Shown here: positions 21,929 to 31,654 of the stretch, piece by piece
Position numbering within the stretch: the stretch's first letter is position 1
Layout: each line of letters starts with the position of its first letter
NCBI GenBank assembly: GCA_035285865.1
Contig: JAYKHS010000028.1
Coordinates: 128,001-192,000 of the forward strand
Length of the DNA stretch: 64,000 bases
Reading direction: 5' to 3'
DNA from: Candidatus Sericytochromatia bacterium
GTDB lineage: Bacteria; Cyanobacteriota; Sericytochromatia; S15B-MN24; VGJW01
Made by a program: the position numbers and the translations under genes
Notes under the pieces: generated by a model
Databases searched by the model: none
Seen by the model: the letters and a program-made list of their open reading frames with translations, nothing else
Told to the model about the DNA's origin: nothing

Positions 21929-22938
21929 TAGGGCATCAGGCGCCACAGTGTCCGGCCCCGGCTGCCGGCGAGGGCGCTGCCGTCCTCGAGCAGGTGCAAC
22001 CACGGCTGGACCGTGGCGAAGAGGGCGATGTCTCCTTCGAGCCAGGACTGTCCGCCGTCAAGGGTCGTGAGCAGGCCGATCCGTGACAGGATCATCCCGC
22101 GTCCCTCCGCGCCGAAGGCCATGGCCTGGGCCGTGGGCTGTCTGAGCCATCGGTCCTGGGTCGCCAGCGTCATCACGGAGTCCCAGGTATTGCCGCCGTC
22201 CATGCTCTGCAGCAGGCGATTGCCGCTGCCGATGGCCCACAGCTCCTGTCCGGCGTCATCGACGGCATGCAGGCTGACGAGGCCGCTGATCGTGCCCAGG
22301 TGTGCGAGACCGTAGGGGCCCCAGTGCATGATGCGTCTGTCGTCATGCAGCAGCACCGTCCCGTCACGAAGCACCTGCAAGTGGTCGGCCCCGGTCGTCA
22401 TGCGCGGGGTCCACGTCCGTCCGCCGTCCGTGGTGGTGATCAAGGTGCCTTCCCCGGTCAGGGCGTAGCCGCGGGACATGTCCCCGAAGCCGACGGCGAC
22501 GAGATCCTCGTCGGTTCCGGCATCCTGCAGGGTCCAACGCGCGCCGCCGTCGTCCGTTCGGAACACGACGCCCCCACGGCCGACGGCGACGGCGGTGGTC
22601 TCGCCGAGGGCGGCCACGGCCAGCAGGTCGAGGCGTCCCCGGTCCTGGATGGCCCACGTCACACCGCCGTCCTCGGTGCGCCTGAGGACAGCCCTTCCTG
22701 ACGCGGACTGGACCTTGCCGACCAGCCAGCCTCGGCCGGAGGCCTGCATGGCCACCGCTTCGAAGGCGACGCCGGGTGTCAGTTCGCGCCACCGCAGGCG
22801 TGTCGGGAAGCCTGACGCGGGGGAATCCGGGCCGGGCTGCAGGATGGAGGAGCCCGTCCGTGGCAGCGTGCCTGTCGTCTGGATCACGCAACCGCCCAGC
22901 GTCAGGGCCGCGAGGACGGGGAGCAGCAAGCGAATCAT
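21925..22938 (-). CDS. YCF48/BNR-repeat beta-propeller lipoprotein
   Basis: Lipobox LGGC; five TxDGGxxW repeats. Confidence 0.85.
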   Translation of the reverse strand: MIRLLLPVLAALTLGGCVIQTTGTLPRTGSSILQPGPDSPASGFPTRLRWRELTPGVAFEAVAMQASGRGWLVGKVQSASGRAVLRRTEDGGVTWAIQDRGRLDLLAVAALGETTAVAVGRGGVVFRTDDGGARWTLQDAGTDEDLVAVGFGDMSRGYALTGEGTLITTTDGGRTWTPRMTTGADHLQVLRDGTVLLHDDRRIMHWGPYGLAHLGTISGLVSLHAVDDAGQELWAIGSGNRLLQSMDGGNTWDSVMTLATQDRWLRQPTAQAMAFGAEGRGMILSRIGLLTTLDGGQSWLEGDIALFATVQPWLHLLEDGSALAGSRGRTLWRLMPY

Positions 22939-22944
22939 GGCGAG

Positions 22945-24060
22945 TTACCTCGAGGAGGGGGGCAGGACGGCAGGAGTCCCTGTGTCGGAGAGGGCCCAGG
23001 CGGTGCCGTCGGGCCCGAGAGAGAAGCGGGTGTGATCGATGGCCATCCCCGCGGGAAGGGGCAGCACCCGCCAAGGGCTGTCCTCGTCCTGAATCAGGAT
23101 CTGGCCGGACTGCACGACGAGCGTTCGCGAGCCGCCCTCCTGGACCGTCGTGACGTCGCGCAGGGTAAGGAACCGATCTTCGAGCGGAATCCTGACAAGC
23201 GGCATCCACGTTCCCGAGGCGTCCCGTCGCTCGAGCGTTCTGCCGGACAGGCGGTGGCGGACCGGACCGGGCGAGGCATCGACTGTCGCGGCGGCGGCCG
23301 TTGCCCAGCGCAGGCCGTCTCCGGAGCGCTCGACTGCCCCCGACCCGTCCCGCAGCCACCAGCCATTCGGATCGTGTCCCGCTGCCACGGGCAGTCGGGA
23401 GGTCCAGGCTCCCGCGATCCAACTGCCGCCACCGTCCATGGTGCGGTCGATGCGATGGCCCGAGCCTTCGCGACGCCAGGCCAGCGCCTGCCGTGCAGAA
23501 CCCGGCACGAGCAACGCGACCTGTCCGGGATGGGGCACCCGATACCAGGTGGGTGCGCGCCCCGGGATGGGCTGGGGCGGTGCTGGGGCGAGGCTGGGGG
23601 AGGCCTCGCCGACGATGCGGAAAACGGGTTGTCCCATCGTGCTGCGTCCCTCGGCATCGATCACGAGCGTCATGGTCCCGGAGCGGGCACCGCCGGTCGG
23701 GCTGCTGACGAGAACCTGAACGAGATGCGTTCCGGCCTCGCGGGGTGGGGTCCACCACGTCCGCGTCCCCGCGGTGGCAGACAGCAGGCCCCCCGAAGCC
23801 GACCAGTGGAAGGACGGTGTTCCTGCGCGGTCGACGGCTTCGGCGACGAGCTGCCAGCGGGCCACGATTCCGCCGGTGTCACCGGGGATGGCTTCCAGAC
23901 GCTGCAGGACCGGCACGGAAACGCTTTCCGTGGGTGTGGCGGCTGCCGTCGGCGTGGCTGCGGTGCTGGCGTGGGTCGGCGCGGGTAGCGTGCGTGCCGT
24001 CACGACGGTGCATCCGGGGATCAGGAGACCCGGCAGGAGCATCGGCCAGAGCGTGCGCAT
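22945..24060 (-). CDS. Putative lipoprotein with PKD/Ig-like domain
   Basis: LLIPGC; FHWSASGGLLS..WTPP..GTHLVQVLVS; one BNR-like repeat. Confidence 0.6.
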   Translation of the reverse strand: MRTLWPMLLPGLLIPGCTVVTARTLPAPTHASTAATPTAAATPTESVSVPVLQRLEAIPGDTGGIVARWQLVAEAVDRAGTPSFHWSASGGLLSATAGTRTWWTPPREAGTHLVQVLVSSPTGGARSGTMTLVIDAEGRSTMGQPVFRIVGEASPSLAPAPPQPIPGRAPTWYRVPHPGQVALLVPGSARQALAWRREGSGHRIDRTMDGGGSWIAGAWTSRLPVAAGHDPNGWWLRDGSGAVERSGDGLRWATAAAATVDASPGPVRHRLSGRTLERRDASGTWMPLVRIPLEDRFLTLRDVTTVQEGGSRTLVVQSGQILIQDEDSPWRVLPLPAGMAIDHTRFSLGPDGTAWALSDTGTPAVLPPSSR

Positions 24061-24131
24061 GCCTGATGGACGAGGGCCGGGTCGTGCAAGTTCCGTCGTT
24101 TGGTACACTGCCCCATGTGCAAGCGAGCCGG

Positions 24132-25355
24132 ATGGGGCGTGTCCTCCAGACCCGGGCCTTCCGCTGGCTCTGGCTCGGCCAGGTCTTCAGCCAGGTGCCC
24201 GACAAGGTCTATTTCGTCCTGATGCTGGAATTGGTCGGGCGGCGGACCGACCGGGACCCGACGTGGACCAGTGCCGTCCTGCTGGCCTATACCTTGCCCA
24301 CGGTGCTCTTCGGAGCGTTCGCGGGTGCGCTTGTCGACCGTTGGCACCCCGTGGTCACACAGGTCGTGTCGAACCTTCTCCGGGCCGGGTGCATCGCGCT
24401 CGTGCCTTGGGTCATGCCCGATTCGCCCTGGCCGGTGGTCATCCTGTCCTTTCTCGTGTCCACGTTCTCCCAGCCCTACTCCCCGGCGGAGGGCGCCACG
24501 ATCCCGAGGGTCGTGGCCCGTGAGGACCTGCTCGGGGCCAATGCCCTTTTTGCCGCGACGGTCATCGGGTCAATCCTCGTCGGCTTCCTGCTCGGCGAGC
24601 CGATCGTCGTCCGCCTTGTGCCGGACTCGCCCTGGATGCCGGCCTTGGCCGTGACGGCGATGTATCTCGTCTCGACGGCATTTCTCGCGCTGGTCCGCCT
24701 CCCGCCGGGGGATCCCGCGCCTGCGGCCCGAGGGGGGTCTTTGCTCGGGGACTTCCGCGAGGGGATGGCCTATCTTGTCCGCGAGGAGGCCATCCGGGGA
24801 GCCATCCTCCGACAGGTGGCCCTGTACGCGATGTTCGCGGCCGTGGCGACCCTGGCCATCCTGTATGCTCGGCAGCGATTCTCCGTGCCGTATACGTGGC
24901 TGCTCTCGTCCGCAGGTGTCGGCATGGCCGCGGGATCGTGGCTGGTCGGGCGCTGGGGAGGCGAGCGTTCCCGCTTTGCGATGATGCGCGGGGGCTTCCT
25001 CGGGGCGGGCGTGGCCCTCGCGGCCATGGCGACGTGGGTGTTCGGCGACGTACCGACCCTGCTCGGAGGCGGCATCGCCTTGCCGTGCCTGATGGCCGTG
25101 GGTGTCGGGATAGCGTCCGCCTGGGTGGCGATACCGGCCCAGACCCTGCTGCAGGAGGAAGTGCCCGATGTCCTGAGGGGCAAGGTCTTCGCGGCCCGTG
25201 ACGTGGCCACGAACCTCGCGACCTCCCTGCCCATGGGCGGCGTGGGGCCCTTGTCCGTCCAGGCTGGCCTCGCCCCGGTCCTGGCGGCGATGGGCGTGGG
25301 CATGTTCATGCTGGCTGCGTGGCCCTCTCCGCGGCGTTCCCGATCGGAGGTCTGA
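24132..25355 (+). CDS. MFS transporter (cyanobacterial type)
   Basis: FRWLWLGQVFSQVPDKVY, AGALVDRW, SNLLRA, QTLLQEEVP..RGKVF. Confidence 0.9.
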   Translation: MGRVLQTRAFRWLWLGQVFSQVPDKVYFVLMLELVGRRTDRDPTWTSAVLLAYTLPTVLFGAFAGALVDRWHPVVTQVVSNLLRAGCIALVPWVMPDSPWPVVILSFLVSTFSQPYSPAEGATIPRVVAREDLLGANALFAATVIGSILVGFLLGEPIVVRLVPDSPWMPALAVTAMYLVSTAFLALVRLPPGDPAPAARGGSLLGDFREGMAYLVREEAIRGAILRQVALYAMFAAVATLAILYARQRFSVPYTWLLSSAGVGMAAGSWLVGRWGGERSRFAMMRGGFLGAGVALAAMATWVFGDVPTLLGGGIALPCLMAVGVGIASAWVAIPAQTLLQEEVPDVLRGKVFAARDVATNLATSLPMGGVGPLSVQAGLAPVLAAMGVGMFMLAAWPSPRRSRSEV

Positions 25356-25356
25356 C

Positions 25357-26577
25357 GTGCGCCTGCTTTACGTGGCCGACATGTACTACCCCCCCACGCT
25401 CGGGGGCAGTGCCATCGCGGTGCGGCGCCTCGCCCACGGCATGGCCGCGCGGGGCCACGAGGTCCAGGTGGTGGCACCCGGCCAGGCGCTGTTCGACATG
25501 GCCGAGAAGGATGGCCGTACCGTGGTCATCCGCTGTGGAGCCATTCCGGATCTGCGCCCCGGCATGGACCCGCGCAAGACCGGCATCCGTCTGCCCTTGC
25601 TGCCGGCCTTGGCCATCCGTCGGGCGATGGACCGCTTCCGACCGGATCTGATCCATCTGCAGGTGCCCGGTTACACGGCGGCGACCGCGGCGTTGCTCGC
25701 CCGGCTCGAGGGCATGCCGCTCGTTGCCACGTGTCATGGGATCCCGGAGAATTTCTGGGCGCCGGGCGATCGCAATCAGCCACTGTTCCAGGCTTTCGGG
25801 CGCTTCATCTGGTCGTTGATCCTCGAGAATCTCGAACGCTGCGATGCGGTGCTGGCTCCGACCCGTATCGCAGCGGACCTGCTGCGGGCCCAGGGCCTCA
25901 GGAAGGCGGCGATCCCGGTGTCGAACGGGGTGGACCTCGAGGTGTATCGCCCGCCTGCGGACGAGGCGGAGCGGCGGATGTTGCGCGAGCGGTTCGGCCT
26001 GCCGGCCGATGGGCCCGTGGTGCTGTACGCCGGCCGCTTCGCGCCCGAGAAGCGACTCGAGGTACTTTTCGATGCGATGGCGCGCATGAGGGTGAGCAGC
26101 AAGGCCACCTGGGCTTTCGTGGGCAGGGGTGTGCTCGATCCGATGGCCGAGCTCGAGCGTCGCGGCGTCGCGGTCGCGGACGTGCGCATGCTCGGTCTGC
26201 TGACGGATCAGGACATGCCGCTCATCTATCGCGCGGTCGATGTGCTGGTCCTGCCGAGCGAGGCCGAACTTCAGGGTCTGGTGCTGCTCGAGGCGGCTGC
26301 CAGCGGGTGTGCCCTGGTGGGCGCGCGTGCGCTGGCCATTCCCGAGGCCATTGCCGATGGCGAGACCGGCTTCCTGCATGAGCCAGGTGATGCCGATGGT
26401 CTTGCCGGAGCCCTCGATCGTCTGGTCCGGGATCCCGCGTTGAGGCAGCGCATGGGGCAGGCCGCGCTCGAGGCCGTGCGCATCCACGCCATCCCGGCCT
26501 GCATCGACCGGACGCTGGCAATCTATGAAGAAGTCATGGCGCGTCGGGGGGGGGCGTCTCGGTCCGCAGGCGGCTGA
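25357..26577 (+). CDS. GT4 glycosyltransferase (diacylglycerol glycosyltransferase-like)
   Basis: ADMYYPPTLGG, SNGVD, YAGRFAPEK, PSEAELQGLVLLEAAASG. Confidence 0.9.
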   Translation: MRLLYVADMYYPPTLGGSAIAVRRLAHGMAARGHEVQVVAPGQALFDMAEKDGRTVVIRCGAIPDLRPGMDPRKTGIRLPLLPALAIRRAMDRFRPDLIHLQVPGYTAATAALLARLEGMPLVATCHGIPENFWAPGDRNQPLFQAFGRFIWSLILENLERCDAVLAPTRIAADLLRAQGLRKAAIPVSNGVDLEVYRPPADEAERRMLRERFGLPADGPVVLYAGRFAPEKRLEVLFDAMARMRVSSKATWAFVGRGVLDPMAELERRGVAVADVRMLGLLTDQDMPLIYRAVDVLVLPSEAELQGLVLLEAAASGCALVGARALAIPEAIADGETGFLHEPGDADGLAGALDRLVRDPALRQRMGQAALEAVRIHAIPACIDRTLAIYEEVMARRGGASRSAGG

Positions 26578-28249
26578 CGATTTCCGGGTCGGGCGTGACC
26601 CGGACGGTCCGGGCGTTGCGATGCAGGACCTTTCCTGGCGGCAGGCCCTTGGCCTTGCGGAGGTGACGCCGCTGGGTCACGAGGACGTTCACTCGTGTGT
26701 CCTCCCTGCCGCTCGATCGGCACGCCGCCCACGTGGCCGCCTCCGTGAGCGTGCGCTCCGGCAGAGGCTGTCCGGGTACCGGCGGACGTGCGAAGACGTG
26801 GCCCCCGGCCAAGCGATCGGCGTGAAACCACCAATCATCGGGCTGTGCCCAGTCCCGCAGCAGGGCGTCGCTTTCCTTCGGTGAGCGTCCGGCCACCAGC
26901 AGCCAGCCGTCCGAGGAGCGACCCCTGAGGCCGGGGCCACGAGGTCGCGGAGCAGGCAGCGTGCCTTCCGTCCCACGGTCCGGATCCTGAGGCGTCCCCC
27001 CGTTCGAGGCGAACTCGAGCGTGCGGCAGGCCGACTCGGCTGCAGCAAGTCTCGGCAACGTGTGACGGCGGGTGCGCTCGGCCTTGCGTATCGCGGCATA
27101 ACGCCGTGACGCCTCCGCCGAGGCCGTTGGGCCACCATCGAGTCTGACCGTGCGCGCCGTACCCTCGGCGGGGTCCTCGAGGTCCACGCTTTCGGCACCG
27201 CGTCCGAGCGCCTCGTCGACCGTGGCCACCCACGTCAGGATGAGGTCGGCCTCGTGGCGCAGACTGTCGAGATCAGGCAACTCCTCGAGGATGCGCCGCA
27301 GTTGGTCGGCTTCGGCGCGTCGCTCGCGGATCAGGTGTTCCTGCCCTTGCCGCAGGCGTTCCTGCTCCTGCTCGGCTCGCATGGCGCGTGCGGCCTCCGC
27401 CATGATCGCCTCGACGATGGGGCCGGCGGGCGTGCTTGTCCGAGGGCCGAGCCTCCAGTCGCCCGGAGTCGTTCTCTGCGGGAGGAGCCTGCCGGCCTCC
27501 GCCTCCCGGCGCAGCAGTGCCAGATGGTTGCCGAGGCGGAGCCAGTCGTCCGGCACCAGGCGACTTGCCGGAAGATCCGGGGGAATATCTGCCTCAGCTG
27601 TTCGCTCGCGGGCATCCTGTCGGGACAACCCCTGGACGAGCGCAGGCAGGGCCTCGGCGATCGGCAGGTCCGGCAGGGGGCTGTCCCCGGGCAGCGTTGC
27701 CCCGGGGACGACACTGCCGGGGCGAACGGGTGGCAGGGCGTACGGCAGGCCCGGCAGGATGCGCCGGACGCGGCTCAAGTGCCCGGGTACCCGCCGATCG
27801 GCCTCCACGACGATGTCGGTCGCATCGGTCAGCACGATGTTGCCGTGGCGTCCCGTCATCTCGACATGGAGGCGCCACGTCCGCAGGTCCCCGAGGACGT
27901 CACGGCCCCTGAACGTCAGCGTGAGCATGCGCTCCCCGCCAGGCTGGGCGACTTCCTCGAGCGTGGCGCCTGTCAGGTGGCGCCTGAGTGCACCAAGGAA
28001 GGCATCCGCTTCGCCCCCGTCCTTCGGCTCGGGCGTGTCGCTTCGGTCCACGAGCGTGACCCTGGCGATCCGTCCGGCGGCACAGAGGACCAGGATGGCC
28101 TGTCGCGGTTTCAGCCTGAGGACCAGATGGCCGGGCCCGAGACGACGCACCCGGTCGACCCGAAGTCCCAGTCCTCGTTCCCGCAGGTCGGCCGCCAGAG
28201 CCGTGACGGCGAGGCCGTCCAGCGGGCGGGGGGCCCTACTCGAGGACAC
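26534..28249 (-). CDS. rqcH: NFACT/RqcH ribosome quality control factor (FbpA family)
   Basis: LDGL, FLGALRRHL, ERML, EMTGRHGNIVL, RRILPGLPY, GRS..ESDAL, DWWFHA..GGHV; start approximate. Confidence 0.85.
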   Translation of the reverse strand: MSSSRAPRPLDGLAVTALAADLRERGLGLRVDRVRRLGPGHLVLRLKPRQAILVLCAAGRIARVTLVDRSDTPEPKDGGEADAFLGALRRHLTGATLEEVAQPGGERMLTLTFRGRDVLGDLRTWRLHVEMTGRHGNIVLTDATDIVVEADRRVPGHLSRVRRILPGLPYALPPVRPGSVVPGATLPGDSPLPDLPIAEALPALVQGLSRQDARERTAEADIPPDLPASRLVPDDWLRLGNHLALLRREAEAGRLLPQRTTPGDWRLGPRTSTPAGPIVEAIMAEAARAMRAEQEQERLRQGQEHLIRERRAEADQLRRILEELPDLDSLRHEADLILTWVATVDEALGRGAESVDLEDPAEGTARTVRLDGGPTASAEASRRYAAIRKAERTRRHTLPRLAAAESACRTLEFASNGGTPQDPDRGTEGTLPAPRPRGPGLRGRSSDGWLLVAGRSPKESDALLRDWAQPDDWWFHADRLAGGHVFARPPVPGQPLPERTLTEAATWAACRSSGREDTRVNVLVTQRRHLRKAKGLPPGKVLHRNARTVRVTPDPEIVSRLRTETPPPDAP

Positions 28250-28595
28250 GCTCCAGCGTCCGGAGCACGTCCTCGGCCTGGAAGGGCTTGCCGATGAAGG
28301 CTGCTGCACCTCCGGCCAGACAACGATGGATGATCTCGTCCTGCACCTGGGAACTGCAGACGATGACCCGGGCAGAGGGGTCCCGGCCACGGATGGTGGC
28401 CAGAGCCGTCTCGCCATCCATCATCGGCATCGCAAGGTCGAGGGTAAGGATGTCAGGCCTGTGCGTCACCCACGCGTCTACCCCGCTGACTCCGTCTCCG
28501 GCTTCGGCCAGCACCTGGTGGCCGGCTCGCGAGACGATGTCCCTCAGCATGCGCCGCATGAATGAGGAGTCGTCGACGATGACGAGGGTCGCCAT
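28236..28595 (-). CDS. Single-domain CheY-like response regulator
   Basis: IVDDSSFMRRML, PDILTLDLAMP, CSS, FIGKPF. Confidence 0.9.
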   Translation of the reverse strand: MATLVIVDDSSFMRRMLRDIVSRAGHQVLAEAGDGVSGVDAWVTHRPDILTLDLAMPMMDGETALATIRGRDPSARVIVCSSQVQDEIIHRCLAGGAAAFIGKPFQAEDVLRTLERVLE

Positions 28596-28618
28596 GTCCC
28601 GATTGTGCGCCTCCGGAC

Positions 28619-29533
28619 TCAGGCGCGCAACCTGAGGGCACCGGGCAGGACACCAAAGGTCGCCGGTGTCGTCCCCAGCACCTCGCCGTCGGCCTCGAGC
28701 GGCATGCGCACGGCACTGCTGACCTTCACGGTCGCGCCCATCATGACCTCGACGCGCGGGTGCAGCAGGTGCTGGCCCCGCAACAGCGCCAGCAGCAAGG
28801 AAGGCAGGTGCCACGCCGGCAAGGCACCCAGCAGCGCGATGTCGAGTTGGCCATCATCGGCAAGCGCCTGGGGCATGACGGGCAACCCGCCACCGAAGGC
28901 TCGGCCGTTGGCGATGACAATCTCCGACAGCGGCAGGGCACGCGTCCATGTATCGTCGACCTCGACCACGGCGTGGTCGGCAACCAGCTGGCTCCACGAG
29001 GCAAGGGTCGCCAGGACGTAGCTGGCCTTGCCCCAGCGTTTGCCGGTCCGCGCCAGCCGATCCGCGACCCGAGCCCCGAGACCGATCTCCGCCACGTTCA
29101 GGAAGGCGCGTTCGCACCATTCGCCATCCTCGCCCACGCAGCGGACCCAGCCGACATCGACGTTGCGGACGGGGACGCTGAGCAATCGGGCCACAGGATC
29201 CCCTGCAGCCCCCTCGAAGGGCAGGGCCTCAAGCGTGTCGTTCGCAGTACCGAGTGGCAACCAGGACAGGATACCTGCGCCGCTGGTCTGCCTGCCGTCC
29301 GTGAAACAGCCCTGCAGGGCCTCGTGCAGGGTGCCGTCCCCCCCGACGACAAGGACCTCGGGTGCCCCCTCGCGAAATGCCTCGCGTACCCCGCGCGCGA
29401 TGGCACCCGGGGCCGAGGCCACGTGGGCGTGGCACGTCCATCCGGCGGCGCGGAGCCGAGGTTCCATCCGATGCCATAGCTCGCGGGCCCGATGGTTGGC
29501 CGCGGCAGGATTGATGAAGGTGGGGAGGGTCAT
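28619..29533 (-). CDS. Diacylglycerol/lipid kinase family (YegS/DgkB)
   Basis: INPAA, GGDGTLHE, PLGTAND, NGRAFGGG, ADGE. Confidence 0.92.
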   Translation of the reverse strand: MTLPTFINPAAANHRARELWHRMEPRLRAAGWTCHAHVASAPGAIARGVREAFREGAPEVLVVGGDGTLHEALQGCFTDGRQTSGAGILSWLPLGTANDTLEALPFEGAAGDPVARLLSVPVRNVDVGWVRCVGEDGEWCERAFLNVAEIGLGARVADRLARTGKRWGKASYVLATLASWSQLVADHAVVEVDDTWTRALPLSEIVIANGRAFGGGLPVMPQALADDGQLDIALLGALPAWHLPSLLLALLRGQHLLHPRVEVMMGATVKVSSAVRMPLEADGEVLGTTPATFGVLPGALRLRA

Positions 29534-29581
29534 GGCGGATTTGTGAAAAATATTTCTTCAGACACGCAAGGTTGCGGAAAG

Positions 29582-29607
29582 ATAAGACTATATTAACCTC
29601 AAGTTAA
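29582..29607. promoter_or_regulatory. ATAA-N7-TTAA-N7-TTAA box
   Basis: TTAAcctcaagTTAA at 29593-29607 plus an in-phase ATAA, in the divergent intergenic region. Confidence 0.6.
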
Positions 29608-29705
29608 AGCCCCAGCGCACCGGGTCTACCGGGCCGAACAGGAACGTTTCCCCCGTGATCAAGTCTTCCGCACACGTTTACCACCCCGCTCGTCGTGGCC
29701 TGTCG

Positions 29706-29888
29706 ATGACCTATTCCTACACCCGGCCGCTGGCCGTCCCCACCCGGGCCGCCGTGACGACCCCGCTCGATCCCGCCGTGCTCCAGTCCGATTGGCGCTC
29801 CAACCTGGGCCGTCTGGTCCACGGTGCGGCCCGGCGTCTGGGCTTCACCAGCGGTGCACCAGCCACCAGGCAACTCCCCAGAGGTTGA
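29706..29888 (+). CDS. Possible small protein (60 aa)
   Basis: ORF downstream of the TTAA box; overlaps the convergent gene by 44 nt; no motif. Confidence 0.35.
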   Translation: MTYSYTRPLAVPTRAAVTTPLDPAVLQSDWRSNLGRLVHGAARRLGFTSGAPATRQLPRG

Positions 29889-31170
29889 TCACGGCGGCGA
29901 CGATCCCCAGGCCCAGGGTCCAGGCCGGCAGGCGTCGCGGCCAGGCGCAGGCGAGAGCCACGATGAGCCAAGGCGTGTAGTCGAGGCTGTATCGGGCGCC
30001 GAATTGGCGCCAGCCGTCACCGAAGTAGACGAGATAGAGCGCAGCCGAGGGCAACAGGGCCAGCCACGCCCAGCGGGCCCACGTCAGCAGGCGCGCTGCA
30101 CTGTCGGGGTCCACCGGCGGTTCCGGATTGTCGGTGGCCAGAGGTGCCGCCGCAGACGCGTGCACGCGGTTGCCCTCGCCTGCAGGCACAAGCCACGCGT
30201 GCGGTGCCACGACGGGCTCCGGTGCCGGCGTCGCCACAGCCGAGGCCGGGAGCCAGCCCATTCGTCCGAGCAGCAGGCGTGCCGCCGGCAGCAGGGCAAG
30301 GAATGCCGGGGTGGTCCAGAACAGCCCCAGCCCGTGGTCCGTGACGGATACGGGGGGCCAGCCCGCGTGGAAGTCGGGTCCGCGCCAGATGTAGGCCGGC
30401 AGCATCCTGATGAGGTGGTGCAGGCTGAACGGGCCGTGCTGGTAGTTCCCGTGTATCGCGCCCCAGGCTTCGTTTCCGGCGCCGTACCCGCTGTCGAGCG
30501 GATGCCCGAAGCGCGCCATGTTGAAGGCCATGTCGCATCCCGCCAGCAAGGCAGCCATCAAGGCAGCCCCGCCGACGCGCTTCGCCTTTCCGGGACCCGG
30601 CAGTAGCAGCGCGAGGATCGCCGGGCTGGCCACCACGATGGCCTCACGGGAGAGGATGGCGAGGCAGAACCAGAGGCTGACGAGCGCGCCACGCCGAGGG
30701 CCGGCGAGCTCATGGAGGGAGAGCCACAGGAACAGGTTGGCGACCAGATGTGCGTACACCCAGCTGTTGCCGTGGCTGGCGCACCACCACGCCACCGTCC
30801 CGAAGCCGTACAGGAACGTCAGGCCGTGCGTCACGCCAGGCGCGAGGGGCAGCCGCCTCAGCGTCAAGTGCGCGACCGCCACGGCAGCCGCGCCCACCAG
30901 CTTGGAAACGAGGCCCAGATCCAGGTTCAGGTGCCAGATGGCCGCCAGCGGCACCAGCAGGACCGAGGGCGCGGGGCCGAAGTAGACGTGGGCCTTGCCA
31001 TCTTTCCACGCCAGCTCGTTGAGCCAGGACGGTGGTGTGCCGATATCCAGCCTGCCTTGCAGGAAGGCCTCTGCCTGGTGCAGGTGGTAGTTGAAGTGCA
31101 TGAACTGGCCGCTGCCCGACAGCAGGTAAACGATCAGCGTGCCGATGAACCACCACAAGGCCGTGGGCAC
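29845..31170 (-). CDS. Polytopic membrane protein, GT-C-like glycosyltransferase
   Basis: QAEAFLQGRLD, VYFGPAP, LSRE, QFGARYSLD; about 10 TM segments. Confidence 0.65.
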   Translation of the reverse strand: MPTALWWFIGTLIVYLLSGSGQFMHFNYHLHQAEAFLQGRLDIGTPPSWLNELAWKDGKAHVYFGPAPSVLLVPLAAIWHLNLDLGLVSKLVGAAAVAVAHLTLRRLPLAPGVTHGLTFLYGFGTVAWWCASHGNSWVYAHLVANLFLWLSLHELAGPRRGALVSLWFCLAILSREAIVVASPAILALLLPGPGKAKRVGGAALMAALLAGCDMAFNMARFGHPLDSGYGAGNEAWGAIHGNYQHGPFSLHHLIRMLPAYIWRGPDFHAGWPPVSVTDHGLGLFWTTPAFLALLPAARLLLGRMGWLPASAVATPAPEPVVAPHAWLVPAGEGNRVHASAAAPLATDNPEPPVDPDSAARLLTWARWAWLALLPSAALYLVYFGDGWRQFGARYSLDYTPWLIVALACAWPRRLPAWTLGLGIVAAVINLWGVAWWLVHRW

Positions 31171-31171
31171 C

Positions 31172-31654
31172 TCAGCCCCTCCGTTCCTGCTGGTAGCGCC
31201 GCACGGCCGCGACGGCCAGCTTGTCACAACGTTCGTTGTAGGGGTGGCCGGCATGGCCCTTGACCCACTGCCAATCGACCTCATGCCGTGCCGCCAGCTC
31301 CTGCAGGCGCTGCCAGAGGTCCTGGTTGGCCACCGGGTCGCCCCCTGCCGTGCGCCAGCCCTTGCGCACCCAGCCGGCCATCCACTTGGTCATGCCGTCG
31401 ACGAGATAGCGAGAATCGCTCGTGATCGTGATGCGCGTCGGGCGCTTGAGCTGTTCGAGCACGAGGATGCCGCCCTTGAGTTCTTCGCGTTGGTTGGTCG
31501 TCAGGGCAGTCACGTCCGAGACGACCTCGATCTCGCGGGCGACGAGCTGCCCGTCGCGGGCCACCAGGATGGCGGCGGCAGCCCCGGGACCCGGGTTGCC
31601 CGAGCAGGACGCATCGCAGAAACCTTCGACCAGCACGACCTTATGATAGGCCAT
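31172..31654 (-). CDS. rnhA: Ribonuclease HI
   Basis: DASCSGNPGPG, TTNQREEL, SDSRY, VANQDLW, WVKGHAGHPYNERCDKLA. Confidence 0.95.
   Translation of the reverse strand: MAYHKVVLVEGFCDASCSGNPGPGAAAAILVARDGQLVAREIEVVSDVTALTTNQREELKGGILVLEQLKRPTRITITSDSRYLVDGMTKWMAGWVRKGWRTAGGDPVANQDLWQRLQELAARHEVDWQWVKGHAGHPYNERCDKLAVAAVRRYQQERRG

Noticed and set aside
21925..22938. YCF48 and the CcmM-like neighbour as evidence of photosynthesis or carboxysomes
   Set aside because: Generic BNR propeller; the CA homologue lacks RbcS-like repeats; no psb, rbc or ccm genes
26546..26554. Second G9 tract
   Set aside because: Lies in the last few codons of two convergent genes, so slippage would have little effect
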